Assembly: GCF_000981445.1 (NCBI RefSeq)
Contig: NC_027218.1
Location: 930,001 to 994,000, forward strand
DNA length: 64,000 bases
From: Babesia bigemina
Lineage: Eukaryota
Direction of reading: 5' to 3'
In this document: one piece after another, positions 1 through 11,486 of the stretch
How positions within the stretch are numbered: the first letter of the stretch is position 1
Layout: every line of letters begins with the position of its first letter
The notes under the pieces: generated by a model
What the model saw: only the letters and a program-made list of their open reading frames with translations
Database searches by the model: none
What the model was told of the DNA's origin: nothing
Position numbers and translations under genes: made by a program

Positions 1-2166
1 GAACTCGATGGCGACGGGGATGGCGGCTCTGGCAGCGGATCCGGGCAGAACGGCTCGAGCTCGCCAAACGAGTCGAGCAAATTTAATGTGATGTACCGCG
101 TCCTGCCCGTGCCCACCGTCGGCGAGCTGCGCAAACTGGAGACCACGCTCGACGCGATGCTGTCACAGAACTCGGTGTCCGATATGGTGTACATGGATCT
201 TTTGGACAAGCGGTGGCTTATGGAGACATTTGCTATAATGCGCAACTGCGTGGAAATAGAGGACCTGTCCACCCTGTCGGCAATAGCGGCGATCATGTCG
301 AGGCTCATCCTGAACTGGTGCGGGAACCTGGAGCTCATGCACGTTTTCGTCAGCGACGAGATGTTCATCGATCTCCTGCAGGCGTTCGAATACGACGCAG
401 AGCTCCTATCGCAAAATATAAGCTTAGAACACGTCAAGTTTTTTCGACAACACGTCAAACACCACGACGTCATCATGCTGGGGAACCCCGCATTTTACAG
501 ACTGGTGCACTCAAGCTACCGCATCGAGTACCTCAAGGATGTTGTGCTGCCCAGGCAGCTGGACGAGTTCTCCATTCAGCGGCTCAACACCGTCCTGTTC
601 TCGAACACCAACGAGATCCTCAACATACTGTCCAGCGACGGTCGGGGCTTCGTGGAGTCGCTGAAGGAGCAGCTTCCCCATAAGTACATGGCGGCTTTGC
701 TCCTGCGCGAGCTCCTGGGGGCCGCCAGGTGCTCGCAGGGTGTAAACCAGCCGGATCGCATCTCGCTGTTGCTGTTGGTTAAGCACAGCCAGCTTCTCAT
801 CGAGCTCATTGGGTACCTGGACGGTACCGCCCCAGCGTGTCGCGACTTCAGGGAGCACTTACTGCCGAAAAACGAATCCATGGACCGCGAATACACGGCG
901 CTAAAAGGCGCACTTGCACGGATGCAAGATTACAGACCCGACCTGCTCGGCACTCGTCGGCATGGGCTGATGGACCCCGTCTCACTCGCCGTTGAGATAT
1001 TCAACTTGTGCCTGGAGGTGTTCCCGTCCATCGTAAGGACGGCAGTTTTCGCTGACGCGGAAGCGAAGAGCGAGCCATCGCTCCTGTTTGCGCTCTGTGA
1101 CGTAATCGCTACCAACCCGGATGGGGGAGTGCAGGCACAGACACGTGACATATTCCTCCGGCTGCTGGACCCGAAAAATATGGACCTGCCGGAGAAGGAC
1201 GAGATGTGTTCGCTGTTTTACGACAACGGGGTGCTGGACAGGCTTATTGAGCGGGTGTTCGGAGATAACGTTCCCGACTCCCCCACCATCCGAGTGGCCA
1301 AAGTGCACGCAATGGAGCTCCTGTCACTCTGCGCGCGCGAGCACAGACACAGGTTCAAGTTGCGCGTTCAGAGCCACAAGTTGCCGCTGCGAGTGTTGGC
1401 GAGTTCGCTGAGGCCGTTTGACAAGTTCGTCACGGTGGGAGCCATGAAGTTCCTCCACGTGTGCATCAAGATGAAGGACATGAGCGTAGAACGGCACATC
1501 ATAAAGTACGACGTTCTGAGGCCGGTTTTCTGGATCCTGAAGACCAAAATCAGCGCCGGGAGGGACGGGGGGTCGATGCTGGAAAGCGTCTGCCTCGGCA
1601 TCCTCAGCACCATAGACACGTGGGCCCTGGATGGGCTCGTGGAATGGATATTCCAGGACCCCGTTTGCAGCACCCTGTTCGAAGACCTCAAGCGCGCGTA
1701 CTCCCACTGCTGTGAAAACTTTGTTTTCAACAACCTCGAGAGGATGTACAACTACTCCAGGTCCGGCGGGATGAGCAACAAGAAACGACACGTGATAGTG
1801 GACCCAGATCGATGGTTCGAGGAGGACGACGAAGAGGAGGTCGAGCCCATCAAACGGCACATCATTAACATATCGGGCAGCCTGGTTGATGGCTACGACG
1901 ATGACGACTACACAGGAGACATAGACCTAGCAGACATCACCGCCACCGCGCCGGGGGCCTCCTCGCCGCTTCTACGGCCCGCAGACATGGAACCCTGGGG
2001 GCACGATAGCACGGAGCGCGCGAAAGACGAGGCTGAAGACGTGTTCGAGTTCAGTTTCAAGGGCAACAAGGCCACCAAGATCAACGTCTTCCTCGACACC
2101 TGTCGCAAGCAACCCTCCGCGGGCGGCAAGATCGCCAACGATTTTGTGCTTGACTCTAGCGAATAA
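1..2166 (+). CDS. Serine/threonine phosphatase 4 regulatory subunit 3 (SMEK/Psy2-like), 5'-partial
   Basis: Frame 1 is open from base 1. Motifs EYDAEL...HVKFF, IHxxYRxxYLKDVVLPRxLDE-like (VHSSYRIEYLKDVVLPRQLDE), FYDNG and MLESVCL, plus an acidic tail, fit the SMK-1/PP4R3 family. Confidence 0.8.
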   Translation, partial: ELDGDGDGGSGSGSGQNGSSSPNESSKFNVMYRVLPVPTVGELRKLETTLDAMLSQNSVSDMVYMDLLDKRWLMETFAIMRNCVEIEDLSTLSAIAAIMSRLILNWCGNLELMHVFVSDEMFIDLLQAFEYDAELLSQNISLEHVKFFRQHVKHHDVIMLGNPAFYRLVHSSYRIEYLKDVVLPRQLDEFSIQRLNTVLFSNTNEILNILSSDGRGFVESLKEQLPHKYMAALLLRELLGAARCSQGVNQPDRISLLLLVKHSQLLIELIGYLDGTAPACRDFREHLLPKNESMDREYTALKGALARMQDYRPDLLGTRRHGLMDPVSLAVEIFNLCLEVFPSIVRTAVFADAEAKSEPSLLFALCDVIATNPDGGVQAQTRDIFLRLLDPKNMDLPEKDEMCSLFYDNGVLDRLIERVFGDNVPDSPTIRVAKVHAMELLSLCAREHRHRFKLRVQSHKLPLRVLASSLRPFDKFVTVGAMKFLHVCIKMKDMSVERHIIKYDVLRPVFWILKTKISAGRDGGSMLESVCLGILSTIDTWALDGLVEWIFQDPVCSTLFEDLKRAYSHCCENFVFNNLERMYNYSRSGGMSNKKRHVIVDPDRWFEEDDEEEVEPIKRHIINISGSLVDGYDDDDYTGDIDLADITATAPGASSPLLRPADMEPWGHDSTERAKDEAEDVFEFSFKGNKATKINVFLDTCRKQPSAGGKIANDFVLDSSE

Positions 2167-2167
2167 A

Positions 2168-2905
2168 ATGGACTCCTTATATGCAGCCGTCAGATACGGT
2201 AATACAGACAGATACTACATATCGCACATCGCGTTCGGTCCGCCTCCGGCGCGCTCTCCAGCGCCGAAAACGCTGGGCAGCACGGCCTTCCTCCCTGAAG
2301 AGCAGGCTGTCGCCGGCTTCGCCAAGCTGTCCGGTCTGGCGGAAACGGATGTGTCCGACCTGCTCAACGGCGTCAAGCGGGTTCAAGACATCCCAGCGTT
2401 GGACTACTGTGTACGTTGCCGATGTGCATAGGCTGACCGCTCGCAGATACCCATCAAGAGCTCGCAACGCACTGTAGTGGGCGATGTCTACTACTACTGC
2501 CTCCCAAACGGGTAAGCCACTGGCAACTGCCGAAGTTGAGTGTCACGCAGCATCCACCTCGTAGGACTCCACGAGACCCATCCCGCAGTCCAGCAGATAA
2601 AGCGCGGCGAACCTGTTCAGGCGGTTGAGTTCAGTGACGAACTCACCAGCGCCCTATGCAGCACCAAGGGAAGCAAAAAACGCAGCCGGAAACAGGTTGT
2701 TGCATCGGGGGTTGCCTGCACTCTGCACATGCCCGACCCACTGGACGTGCTGCTGCCCGATGCAGTACGCCACTTCGATGTAGTAGAGGTCAACACGCGG
2801 TTGACTGATGACCCATCGCTCCTCTCGAACCCAGAGGAGGGGTGGATCGTCATGCTCATGGACAAGAGCAGGACCTCCAAGCAGCCGAAGCACAAGAGAA
2901 ATTAG
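2168..2905 (+). CDS. Abitram/FAM206A-like (GcvH-fold) protein, 3 exons
   Basis: ATG at 2168; GT-AG introns 2411-2446 and 2512-2550 join the frames. Product has YYCLPNGIHLVGL..HP and EVNTRL...PSLL..PEEGWIVML, as in FAM206A. Confidence 0.65.
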
Positions 2906-3225
2906 AGAAACATCATGTTGCGTTGGTACTTCTTGAAGATCCAGTGGTTCTCTCCCAAAGGAGTGGTGTTCACGTGCGCCCTCTCGTAGGTCAGCAGCCT
3001 GTTGTACCGGGTGCGGTGGATTCGGGTCTCCCTCAGGATGTCCGCGCACATGGCCTGCTGGTGCACCGCCTCGATGTTGGAGCGGCGCACGCCTTTCGAC
3101 AAGAGGCCGTACAGCGGTATCATCAGCATGTGCACGATGTAGAACACAATGGCGCACGAGTACTCACGACCGTTGTTGCCCACCACCATCAGTATGCAGT
3201 AGAGCCGAATCATGCACGTCCGCAT
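2902..3225 (-). CDS. Small hypothetical membrane protein (start uncertain)
   Basis: 107-aa ORF with coding-like GC3 and two hydrophobic stretches. The frame stays open to about 3320. Its stop overlaps the stop of the + strand gene. Confidence 0.5.
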   Translation of the reverse strand: MRTCMIRLYCILMVVGNNGREYSCAIVFYIVHMLMIPLYGLLSKGVRRSNIEAVHQQAMCADILRETRIHRTRYNRLLTYERAHVNTTPLGENHWIFKKYQRNMMFL

Positions 3226-3556
3226 GAACGCGTTCTTGTGGCTGTTCGCCAGCGCCCTGTCCAGCCTGCGAAGCGATATGTGCTGTTTCAGCGAATAACG
3301 GCGGCACGGATTATGGGTTGATCAACTGTGCACCCATCGACTGCACTAGACAACGCAGCTCAATCATATTCCAAAAATTTGCACGATTCGTACCACATAT
3401 GCGAATGCATTACATTACGTAGCAGTACAAAATAGCATTGCCATTGTGTGGAAACCGTCATTTAACGGAATGCAAAATGGCGAATGCATATCCACATCAT
3501 GTAGACAGATGGACATCATCTGTATGGACCAGACGCAAAACAGATGCAACAATCGA

Positions 3557-4762
3557 TCAAACAGGCAACAGCAGATGATAGTACTTGCTAATTGTCATGT
3601 AAACGCGAAATCTAGGTCCTTTCCACCCACCTGATCGCCTTGATGAGGTTTGGGCCGATTAGCAGCGAGTGCGAGGATGGCGGCGCGCACATGATAACCG
3701 CATTGGTCAAAACGAGCAGAGACGCCAGCGATATTGGAAAAGACTCGTCTTGTACCAACCCTGACACTCCTTAAGTTTGCACAAACCAAGTAACCCACCT
3801 TCTTTGTTGACGGCGAAGGTGCCGCTGATCAGCTTCACAGACTCGCCCAGCAGGTCGGCGCCCTCCGTACTCACCAGGGAGGGGTTTATGTAGTATATGT
3901 AGTGCTTGCCCAGGGTGAGACACAGGAACGGATACAGACCACTCAACAAGTTCAGAAACGGGCGCACGCCGAACATGAAAAAAAGGTAGTCCCTGGGGGT
4001 TCCCATGGTATGCTCCGAGATGAACGCCAGGATACGCAGCGCCGGGATGAACTCAGACAGCGACAAAAGCACAAACGAAAACGATACCAGCGACACGAAG
4101 ACCTGGAAAGCGACAAACAGCGCTCCGATCAAGGGGCCAACCATGATCCAACATACCAGGCTCACCAGACTGGCTGCGACGATGAGACAGGGAGTAAACT
4201 GTAAGCAGAGCGGTAGTCTGTAGAATGACACACTCAGGAGTCCGCGGAAGTGGAACAGGTCGACGTATTGTGCCGTACTCTGCAAGTCCAGCCGGTAGAA
4301 TGCGATCACAATGGTCACCTCGACGGCCCATAGCACGATGTGAGGAATTGCGATAATGGCGTTCTGCCACAACGAGAGCTGCAGCGTCGAGTCGAGCAGG
4401 TGCGCCATCTCGCACTTGCTACCCACGCTGATGGCCATCACTATCTTCTTGAACAGAGCCCTGAAGTTCACCGCCTTTACAGAAAACCCCTCGGGGATCG
4501 TGATCCCCGTGAACGTCCCTTCATCGTCAGTCGCTGAATCGGTCGTGTTCTGCCCCGTGGCTGGCTGGTCTTTGGGGTCTTTCTCATCCACCTTTTCAGG
4601 CTTAGTATTGAAGCGCACGAACGACTTCCTCTGTTCGGATCGACTGCCTTCGCGGCCTTCGTGCAACTCCCCCACACCCGAAGGACGATCGTCGTCCAGA
4701 ACAATATCAGTTACCAGAATCGGCCGCCTTTCCTCCTCTGCATACACTATGAGGGCAAACAT
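3557..4762 (-). CDS. Multi-pass membrane protein, hypothetical (3' exons uncertain)
   Basis: ATG at 4762-4760; long ORF with several hydrophobic helices. Probable intron 3761-3798 and possibly a second near 3590-3630. Confidence 0.6.
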
Positions 4763-5685
4763 CACAGGAACCCACCTTTATATTCGGTGAGTGTCTTGGA
4801 GTAATCCAGGGTGCGGATACCAATCGTGCAGTGGCGGATGCGCGCAGCCTGTATTATGATGAAACAGATGTTCTTGAGCAGGAAGGGCCCGAACATCGTG
4901 TGATTCACGAGCAGCATCCACAAGACCGAGCGGAAGATGGCGAAGGGGACGTCCACGAAGAAGATGCCCACAATGGCCGCATACTTGCGGCAGTAGTAGA
5001 CGTCACTCGCGCTGTACAAGGCGCCCCCCTTGAAGCCTATGGTGCCCTTGGCCCTAGAAGTCTCGCTCATCCTGGGGAAACTGTACGAGTGCAGGAATAT
5101 GCCCGTCGCAATGAGCACGCCGCATAAGGCGTCCGTGATGTAGTTCCTGTACTCAAACACCGAGGGGATGGTAAGGTAGACATGGCACATGTCAATCACA
5201 TCCAGCAAATCGAATGTGACGTGGATGATCAGGTCGGTGTGAATGAGGCGCTCAGAGGAGATGCAGCTCATGTCGCCGTACAGGTGCACCCCCGCCCGGA
5301 AAGACGTCAGCACGTACAGCGTCGGAGTCAGTAGCAACAAGATCAAAATCTCAGTGGCTGCGCCACACGCAGAGCCAAACAAGAGCCCCTCCCTCGGTAA
5401 GAACTCGGGCAAGACGATGTAGTAAAACACGATGACTTTAACGGTCATGACACGACTGTAAATAATCCAACAGTTCGCGCCCCTGATTCCGACCATCTTT
5501 GGCGACGTGTAGAAAATCCAGTTGCAGACGCATATGACGTCGAACACCGCCAAGTACAGGGCCCACGACTGGCTCCGGTACATGTAGTTCATCAGGCCCA
5601 CCTGCTGGAAGCACAGTATCAGCAAGCTCAGGATGTACGACACTGTCCGCCATCGGAGCAGCTGTTGCCGATTCGCTGCCGTCAT
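4762..5685 (-). CDS. Multi-pass membrane protein, TMEM121/CECR6-like
   Basis: ATG at 5685, about 307 aa. Motifs FDLLDVIDM, FFVDVPFAIFR and FLLKNICFI resemble the TMEM121/TMEM26-type family. Confidence 0.6.
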   Translation of the reverse strand: MTAANRQQLLRWRTVSYILSLLILCFQQVGLMNYMYRSQSWALYLAVFDVICVCNWIFYTSPKMVGIRGANCWIIYSRVMTVKVIVFYYIVLPEFLPREGLLFGSACGAATEILILLLLTPTLYVLTSFRAGVHLYGDMSCISSERLIHTDLIIHVTFDLLDVIDMCHVYLTIPSVFEYRNYITDALCGVLIATGIFLHSYSFPRMSETSRAKGTIGFKGGALYSASDVYYCRKYAAIVGIFFVDVPFAIFRSVLWMLLVNHTMFGPFLLKNICFIIIQAARIRHCTIGIRTLDYSKTLTEYKGGFL

Positions 5686-6034
5686 CTTCACCAAAAGCTA
5701 CCTGTATCTTCACATCTTACGACAAAAGGCGCTGCTACGATACGCTGCTGACCGGCGACACAAAGGCCTACCAATCGCCGGCCAGGCATGCGGCACCCAT
5801 TATAGTTTGCCGATGCAGTCTTGAGCTATATATCGTTGCAATCCGCAAGAAAACTCGTGGCAATGCCGAAAGTATATCCCGGAATGAATCCTAGGCAAAT
5901 CAGACGAAATTGGCCATACAATTATCGAGAAAGAAATTAAAATCCGAATAACAAAACAGTAGTTAAATGAGCATCCCAACCACCAGATTATTCATACGAT
6001 GCGCGAAAACGCGTACACAATAAGTCACATGAAA

Positions 6035-6082
6035 CAGTAACCGCAAAAGCAGTATCCACAAAAGCAGTAACCGTAAAAGCAG
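6035..6082 (+). repeat. 15-bp minisatellite, about 3.2 copies
   Basis: CAGTAACCGCAAAAG / CAGTATCCACAAAAG / CAGTAACCGTAAAAG / CAG. Confidence 0.8.
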
Positions 6083-7073
6083 ACGGCAACGTAGAGGAAT
6101 TACGCCACGGATTCACGATAAATATACACACCAAATGGGCTCCAAGCGAGCCAGTGCCACCTTTCAGACGTATATGAATGCAAATGCGTACGTCCACAGG
6201 CACACAGCCGCCGCTCTCAAATTTTATGACAGGGCGAAAAGCAATGTGCTGTCTGACTATTCCGTTGAGGCTGAAAAAGGCTCAACACAACGCCACTGCC
6301 ACAGGCAACCGCGGATATAAATAAACTAATGTCGGTGTTTGCTGAATCTTATGCTGACGCGGCCGAAGGCGCTGGGAGAGCAGCGGGGAGGTCACACATC
6401 ACGCGTGACAATGACAGGCTAATTTGTTAAATACAGGACCAATACACGAAATAATTACCGGTTATCGTATGTATAAGCATATAGATGATCGATGTGTGCC
6501 GTGCCGCTGCGATTCCGCTGGGTACAGGCCAACAGAAGCAACCTTCCGCGTGGCGGCGGCTTGGACGTTGCCGATATAGCAGGTAAACAACGAATAAAGA
6601 CCCTTATCCCAATTAAACGTTTACCAACAGCCTAAATAGCTGTTGGACATTGTTAGACAGTATGACGACGCCTTGTTGCTACAAAAGGCGGAACATCAGA
6701 AACGGCAAAACGCCAGGAGCTAAAGACGAGGCCGCCATAATTCCAGGGCATAGGTTACATGAATAATGCAAAACAGAGCTGATGTCAACTCAACTTCAAA
6801 TTGATCCAACTAATTCTAACGTAGTAATTCACGTAATAACACCGCGTTACAACACCGCTCTAAGCAACCGTTTATACGCTGACACACCGGATGTGCGCAC
6901 ACACTGCTTAAAACGACAGCTCGGAATTATGAACAAGCGGTAGGCCAGTAACTGTGCGCCGTGCAGCTACCAGGCGTATACCGCGGAGGTGTATGGGGAA
7001 GCGTCGCCGCAGCGGACCCCGGCCACAGGCACTGCACAAACATCACGGGCGCCCGAGGCCGCCGAAATCCAAC

Positions 7074-8754
7074 ATGCGCAACATGAAGCCACTGGGAAGA
7101 CCCTTGATCAGGACGCTGGCCGCGGCGGTTGCCCGGCGGCTGCCGCACGCGGCGAACGCACGCGCGTTCTCCACCGCCAAAATATCCCCGGCCGAAATGT
7201 CCAAGATACTGCAGAGCAGAATCGCTGGATGGGACAAGCACAAGGACGTCGTCGACGTGGGCCACGTCATCACCGTCGGTGATGGTATTGCCCGTGTCTA
7301 CGGCCTCAAGGACGTCAAGATGGGAGAGCTGGTCGTGTTCTCCAGCGGCGTGTCGGGAATGGCGCTCAACCTGGAATCCGACAACGTCGGTGTCGTCATT
7401 TTCGGTGACGACAGGTCGATCCTGGAGGGCGACAACGTCAGCCGCACCAACCGTATCATCGACGTGCCGGTGGGACCCGAGCTGCTCGGCCGCGTGCTCG
7501 ACGCCCTGGGCAACCCCATCGACGGCAAGGGCCCTGTTGAGGCCAAGCTCAGGAACAGGATCGAGGTGCCTGCGCCCGGTATCATCGACAGGCGTAGCGT
7601 GCACGAGCCCATGACCACGGGTATCAAGTGCGTGGACTCCCTGGTGCCAATCGGAAGGGGCCAGCGTGAGCTCATCATCGGCGACAGGCAGACCGGCAAA
7701 ACTGCCCTCGCGGTCGACACCATTCTCAACCAGAAGCAGCTGAATGACGCCAAGGACGAGAAGGACCGCGTCTACTGTGTATACGTCGCCATCGGGCAGA
7801 AGCGCTCGACTGTGGCGCGCATCATGAAGACCCTGGAGGACAAGGACGCGCTCAAGTACACGACCATCGTCGCGGCCACTGCGTCCGACTCGGCGCCGCT
7901 CCAGTTCCTGGCGCCCTTCGCTGGTTGCGCCATGGGAGAGTGGTTCAGGAACTCCGGCAGGCACGCCGTCATCATCTACGACGATCTGTCCAAGCAGGCC
8001 ACCGCCTACAGGCAGATGTCGCTGCTGCTGAGGAGGCCGCCAGGAAGGGAAGCCTACCCGGGTGACATCTTCTACCTGCACAGCCGTCTCCTCGAGAGGG
8101 CGGCCAAGCTCTCGGACAAGAACGGCGGCGGCAGCCTCACTGCCCTGCCCATCATCGAAACGCAGGCCGGAGATGTGTCCGCGTACATTCCCACCAACGT
8201 CATCTCCATCACGGATGGCCAGATCTTCCTCGAGAGCGAGCTGTTCTACAAGGGTATCAGGCCGGCCATCAACGTGGGTCTTTCTGTCTCCCGTGTCGGG
8301 TCCGCGGCGCAGATTAAGGCCATGAAGCAGGTCTCTGGTACCATGAAACTCGACCTTGCGCAGTTCAGGGAAGTCGCCGCCTTCGCTCAGTTCGGGTAAG
8401 TACCACCACGCCGCCACGTCATTGCACTGCAGGTCCGACCTCGACGCTTCCACGCAGAAGTTGCTTACCAGGGGTACCCTGCTCACGGAGCTGCTCAAGC
8501 AGCCGCAGTACGTCCCCATGAGGATCCCGCTCCAGGTGTGCGTCATTTACGGAGGTGTCAAGGGTCTCCTCGACTCCATTGACCCCAAGGACGTCTCCAA
8601 GTTCGAGGCGCTGTTCATCGACCACCTCCTTTCCTCGCACCAGGACCTCCTCAAGACCATAGAGACGGAAGGCCAGCTGTCCCCGGAGACCGAAGCCAAG
8701 CTGAGGCAGACGGTGGAGAACTTTGTCGCCACCGCCGACGTCCGCAAGATCTGA
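7074..8754 (+). CDS. ATP1: Mitochondrial ATP synthase F1 subunit alpha, 2 exons
   Basis: GDGIARVYG, Walker [37 protein letters not shown] and [13 protein letters not shown]. Basic N-terminal presequence. Intron 8396-8432 restores [11 protein letters not shown]. Confidence 0.97.
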
Positions 8755-8961
8755 GACTCAACGGGTGCGAGAAAAGTGTTACCCCATATTTTATTGTCAC
8801 TGGGATTAGATTAACGCATGTAAACTCTATATACTGCAACACCTAATCGTATAAGTTCGTATCCAAAAAACCCGAGGCAAATCGACGTACGGTGGACCAC
8901 GTGTCGACAATACAGTGGCACGAACTTGTAATCGCGTTTGTATTAACTACGTGTAACAAAA

Positions 8962-10816
8962 TTACGAGGGAGTTGCAGGCGCGCTGTTGTTCCGGTCGGC
9001 AGACGATCGCAACAGATCTGTGAGGGGCAGCTGTAGGCTGCTGCGCATGCGGTAATGACGCTTAATATGGCTGTAGTCGCACATATCGGCCACTGAAGGG
9101 TCCATAGAACGCTTCAGTGTACCGACGGCCCACGATATCAGCGGTGATATGTCTTTCAACGAATGCACCTTCCGGCGGTACCCCTTTGGCACCGTGATGT
9201 AACATGAGGGTAGCGGCGTCAACGCCGCTTGATAAGTGCTTGCAGCCTCAGTTTGTGTTCGTCTTAGCTCTGCATTAGCATCCTTTGTTACCGGCTCTAT
9301 TTCCAGACCACGCAGGATAACCTCCACCACAAAGCGTTCCAACGGGTAGTACATTGAAGACTCGGAACCCGTCGCAAGCGATTTGTACAGTAACAAAACG
9401 CAATTGAGACTCACTGGGTCCACGCTGCTGCACCGTGACAGGCACCTAACCACCAGGTGGAAGTCCTTGTAGTCCACAGACTTGCTTAATTTTGCCAGCA
9501 CCTCTTTACAGACGAAGTAAAACGGCTTCGGCAAGTTACTCTCCACGCGCTCTAACACACGCACTGCAGATTACGTGTATACGTTTATGTGTAACTTCTA
9601 TAACTTACGCGTCCTTAGCGCAGAGTCCATAGCAAGTGCCTCGGAGAACTCGATCACCTTCAGGAACGTAATCTCATGCAACCGCAGTAGGCTATCTACA
9701 AGTAAATGAATCGACCACTACTCATAAGCTTACCCTTACTCAGTTGGCGTTGCAACATCACCAGCAGATCCAGTAACCGGGTAATGGTATCTGGACCGAT
9801 ATCCAATACGGCCCTCTCCAAGCAGGACACTAGCGGGGAGTAAAGAGAGGCCTGTAAATCGTCAGCTTCCTTCAGGCCGTGACAGTCCCTAATACTCTCC
9901 AACTTGCCATCCAGAGCCATGCGATGCCATAACCAAGCAAGCGTCTGGCATACATGCACCACGTGCTCACTGCGCATACTGTCCAGCTTAAAGTTCAGCA
10001 GCTGGATGCAAGGTCGGTACAGTGCCAAATTGAGCTCACATCTTAAGCCTAATAACAATAAAGCACGCTGTAACTTAAGCAGCAGAAACGCGTCCCTGCA
10101 CGACCTAACTCCGTGCTCAGACCCGACCTTGTTCGCCAGCACGGATTCAGCTACCAATACCTTGTCTACAGAAGGGGTTGCTGAAAACAGATTACTCAAT
10201 GCAGCTTGTGCTATTGTCCCTATGTCCAGGTTGTAGAGCCAGACGCGTAGCCTCGGCGCAGGTAGGTTGAAGACATTCTGCCGAATCTGGAGATCGAGAA
10301 CCGCCTCAACGGACAACGGAGACTGGCGACCTTCCATCAAATTCGATGCCGAATATGCGATATCGCTGCGGTCAAACGACGCATTTATCCGGCCGGCAAT
10401 ACTGTCTGATACCTTGCCATCTGCGCTTTGGGGGGACTGGGGCACCAGTGCCGCCCTGCCACCCGTGGGTGCCGGGGCACCATACCATGCGGATTGAGTG
10501 TCGTAATCCGTGTCGTTTGAAACCCCATTTCCTAATGAACTCGGTGTTATTACAGTGCCTGGAGCACCCTCGCGTCGTATTGGCTTTGCCAGGCCAGACC
10601 TGGTGGCACGGGGTCTAGCACGTGCCCCTCCAGATGGCGACTCATCATTGATGGCTGGGTCACTCGGGTTGTCTTTTCTGATAATCGATGGCTGCAAGTA
10701 ATTTGCAAATAGCAATACCTGGTAGATGGGCGATAACGGCCGAACAAAAAGGTCTCACGCCGGGCCGTTGGCAGTGAGAGCACGCGCCGCAGATTCACGG
10801 CATGACTGCCGCGCAT
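8962..10816 (-). CDS. Hypothetical protein, multi-exon, possible mitochondrial presequence
   Basis: ORFs 9696-10715 and 8962-9564 can be linked by short introns. Intron 10678-10718 joins an Arg-rich exon starting at 10816 in frame. Confidence 0.6.
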
Positions 10817-10905
10817 GTGATCGAGTCCTACGCGAAGTGTTGCGATAGCGTGGACTATAGCATTACTGTTCCCAGTATACCTCGCATCTACACTTCGATG
10901 GGAGA

Positions 10906-11484
10906 TTATTTAGCTGAGGTGCCTGCAGCCTCGCCACGCTTCTCCAATTCGATGATGCGCTGCATCTTGATTTTTGCCGCTTCGATGCGCTGTCGTTCGG
11001 CGTCTACCCACGCATAGTCTTCAGGGCGCATAATGCGGTAGGTCATGTAGCAAGCGAAGATGCACCATACGAAGATTCCAGAGGCTGAATGTCGTAAGAT
11101 ATGCGTAGCAAGTAACCACCCATACGATCAGAGAGCATATATAGCCATCACCGATACACAGCAGCACATACGGGCGTAAAAAGTGCACAAAATGGCCTAA
11201 CATAGGCCGTATAGCGAAAACAACGCAGGCTATATACACACGACGCAACGACACATACCGAGAAGGTTGGCTTTCAGATGCGATGAAATCAGAGGCTGAC
11301 GGCCGCCGGTGAACTTCAAAAAGTCGGACCGGCGTATCGCCTTGCGACGGTCGGCGGAGAGCACCTGGCGGTACTTGTCGAGAGCAGACACAGTCGGACG
11401 GTGCTCGTCCGTCAGCTGCCACCGGTCCTTCGCCTGCGAGGAGAAACCACGAAAGGAAAATAAGCGTGGAAGACGCCGACGCAT
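10906..11484 (-). CDS. Small putative mitochondrial membrane protein, spliced
   Basis: N-terminus MRRRLPRLFSFRGFSS is presequence-like. The last exon reads SGIFVWCIFACYMTYRIMRPEDYAWVDAERQRIE...AK* (a TM helix followed by a coiled segment). Confidence 0.6.
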
Positions 11485-11486
11485 GG

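Noticed and set aside
6035..6082. Short direct repeats as a CRISPR-like array
   Set aside because: Head-to-tail 15-mers without spacers in a eukaryotic genome; a simple minisatellite.
6954..7073. GTG-started N-terminal extension of ATP synthase alpha
   Set aside because: Eukaryotic gene; the ATG at 7074 already gives a plausible mitochondrial presequence.
6927..8546. 539-aa minus-strand ORF
   Set aside because: Antisense shadow of the GC3-rich ATP synthase alpha CDS; no independent protein features.
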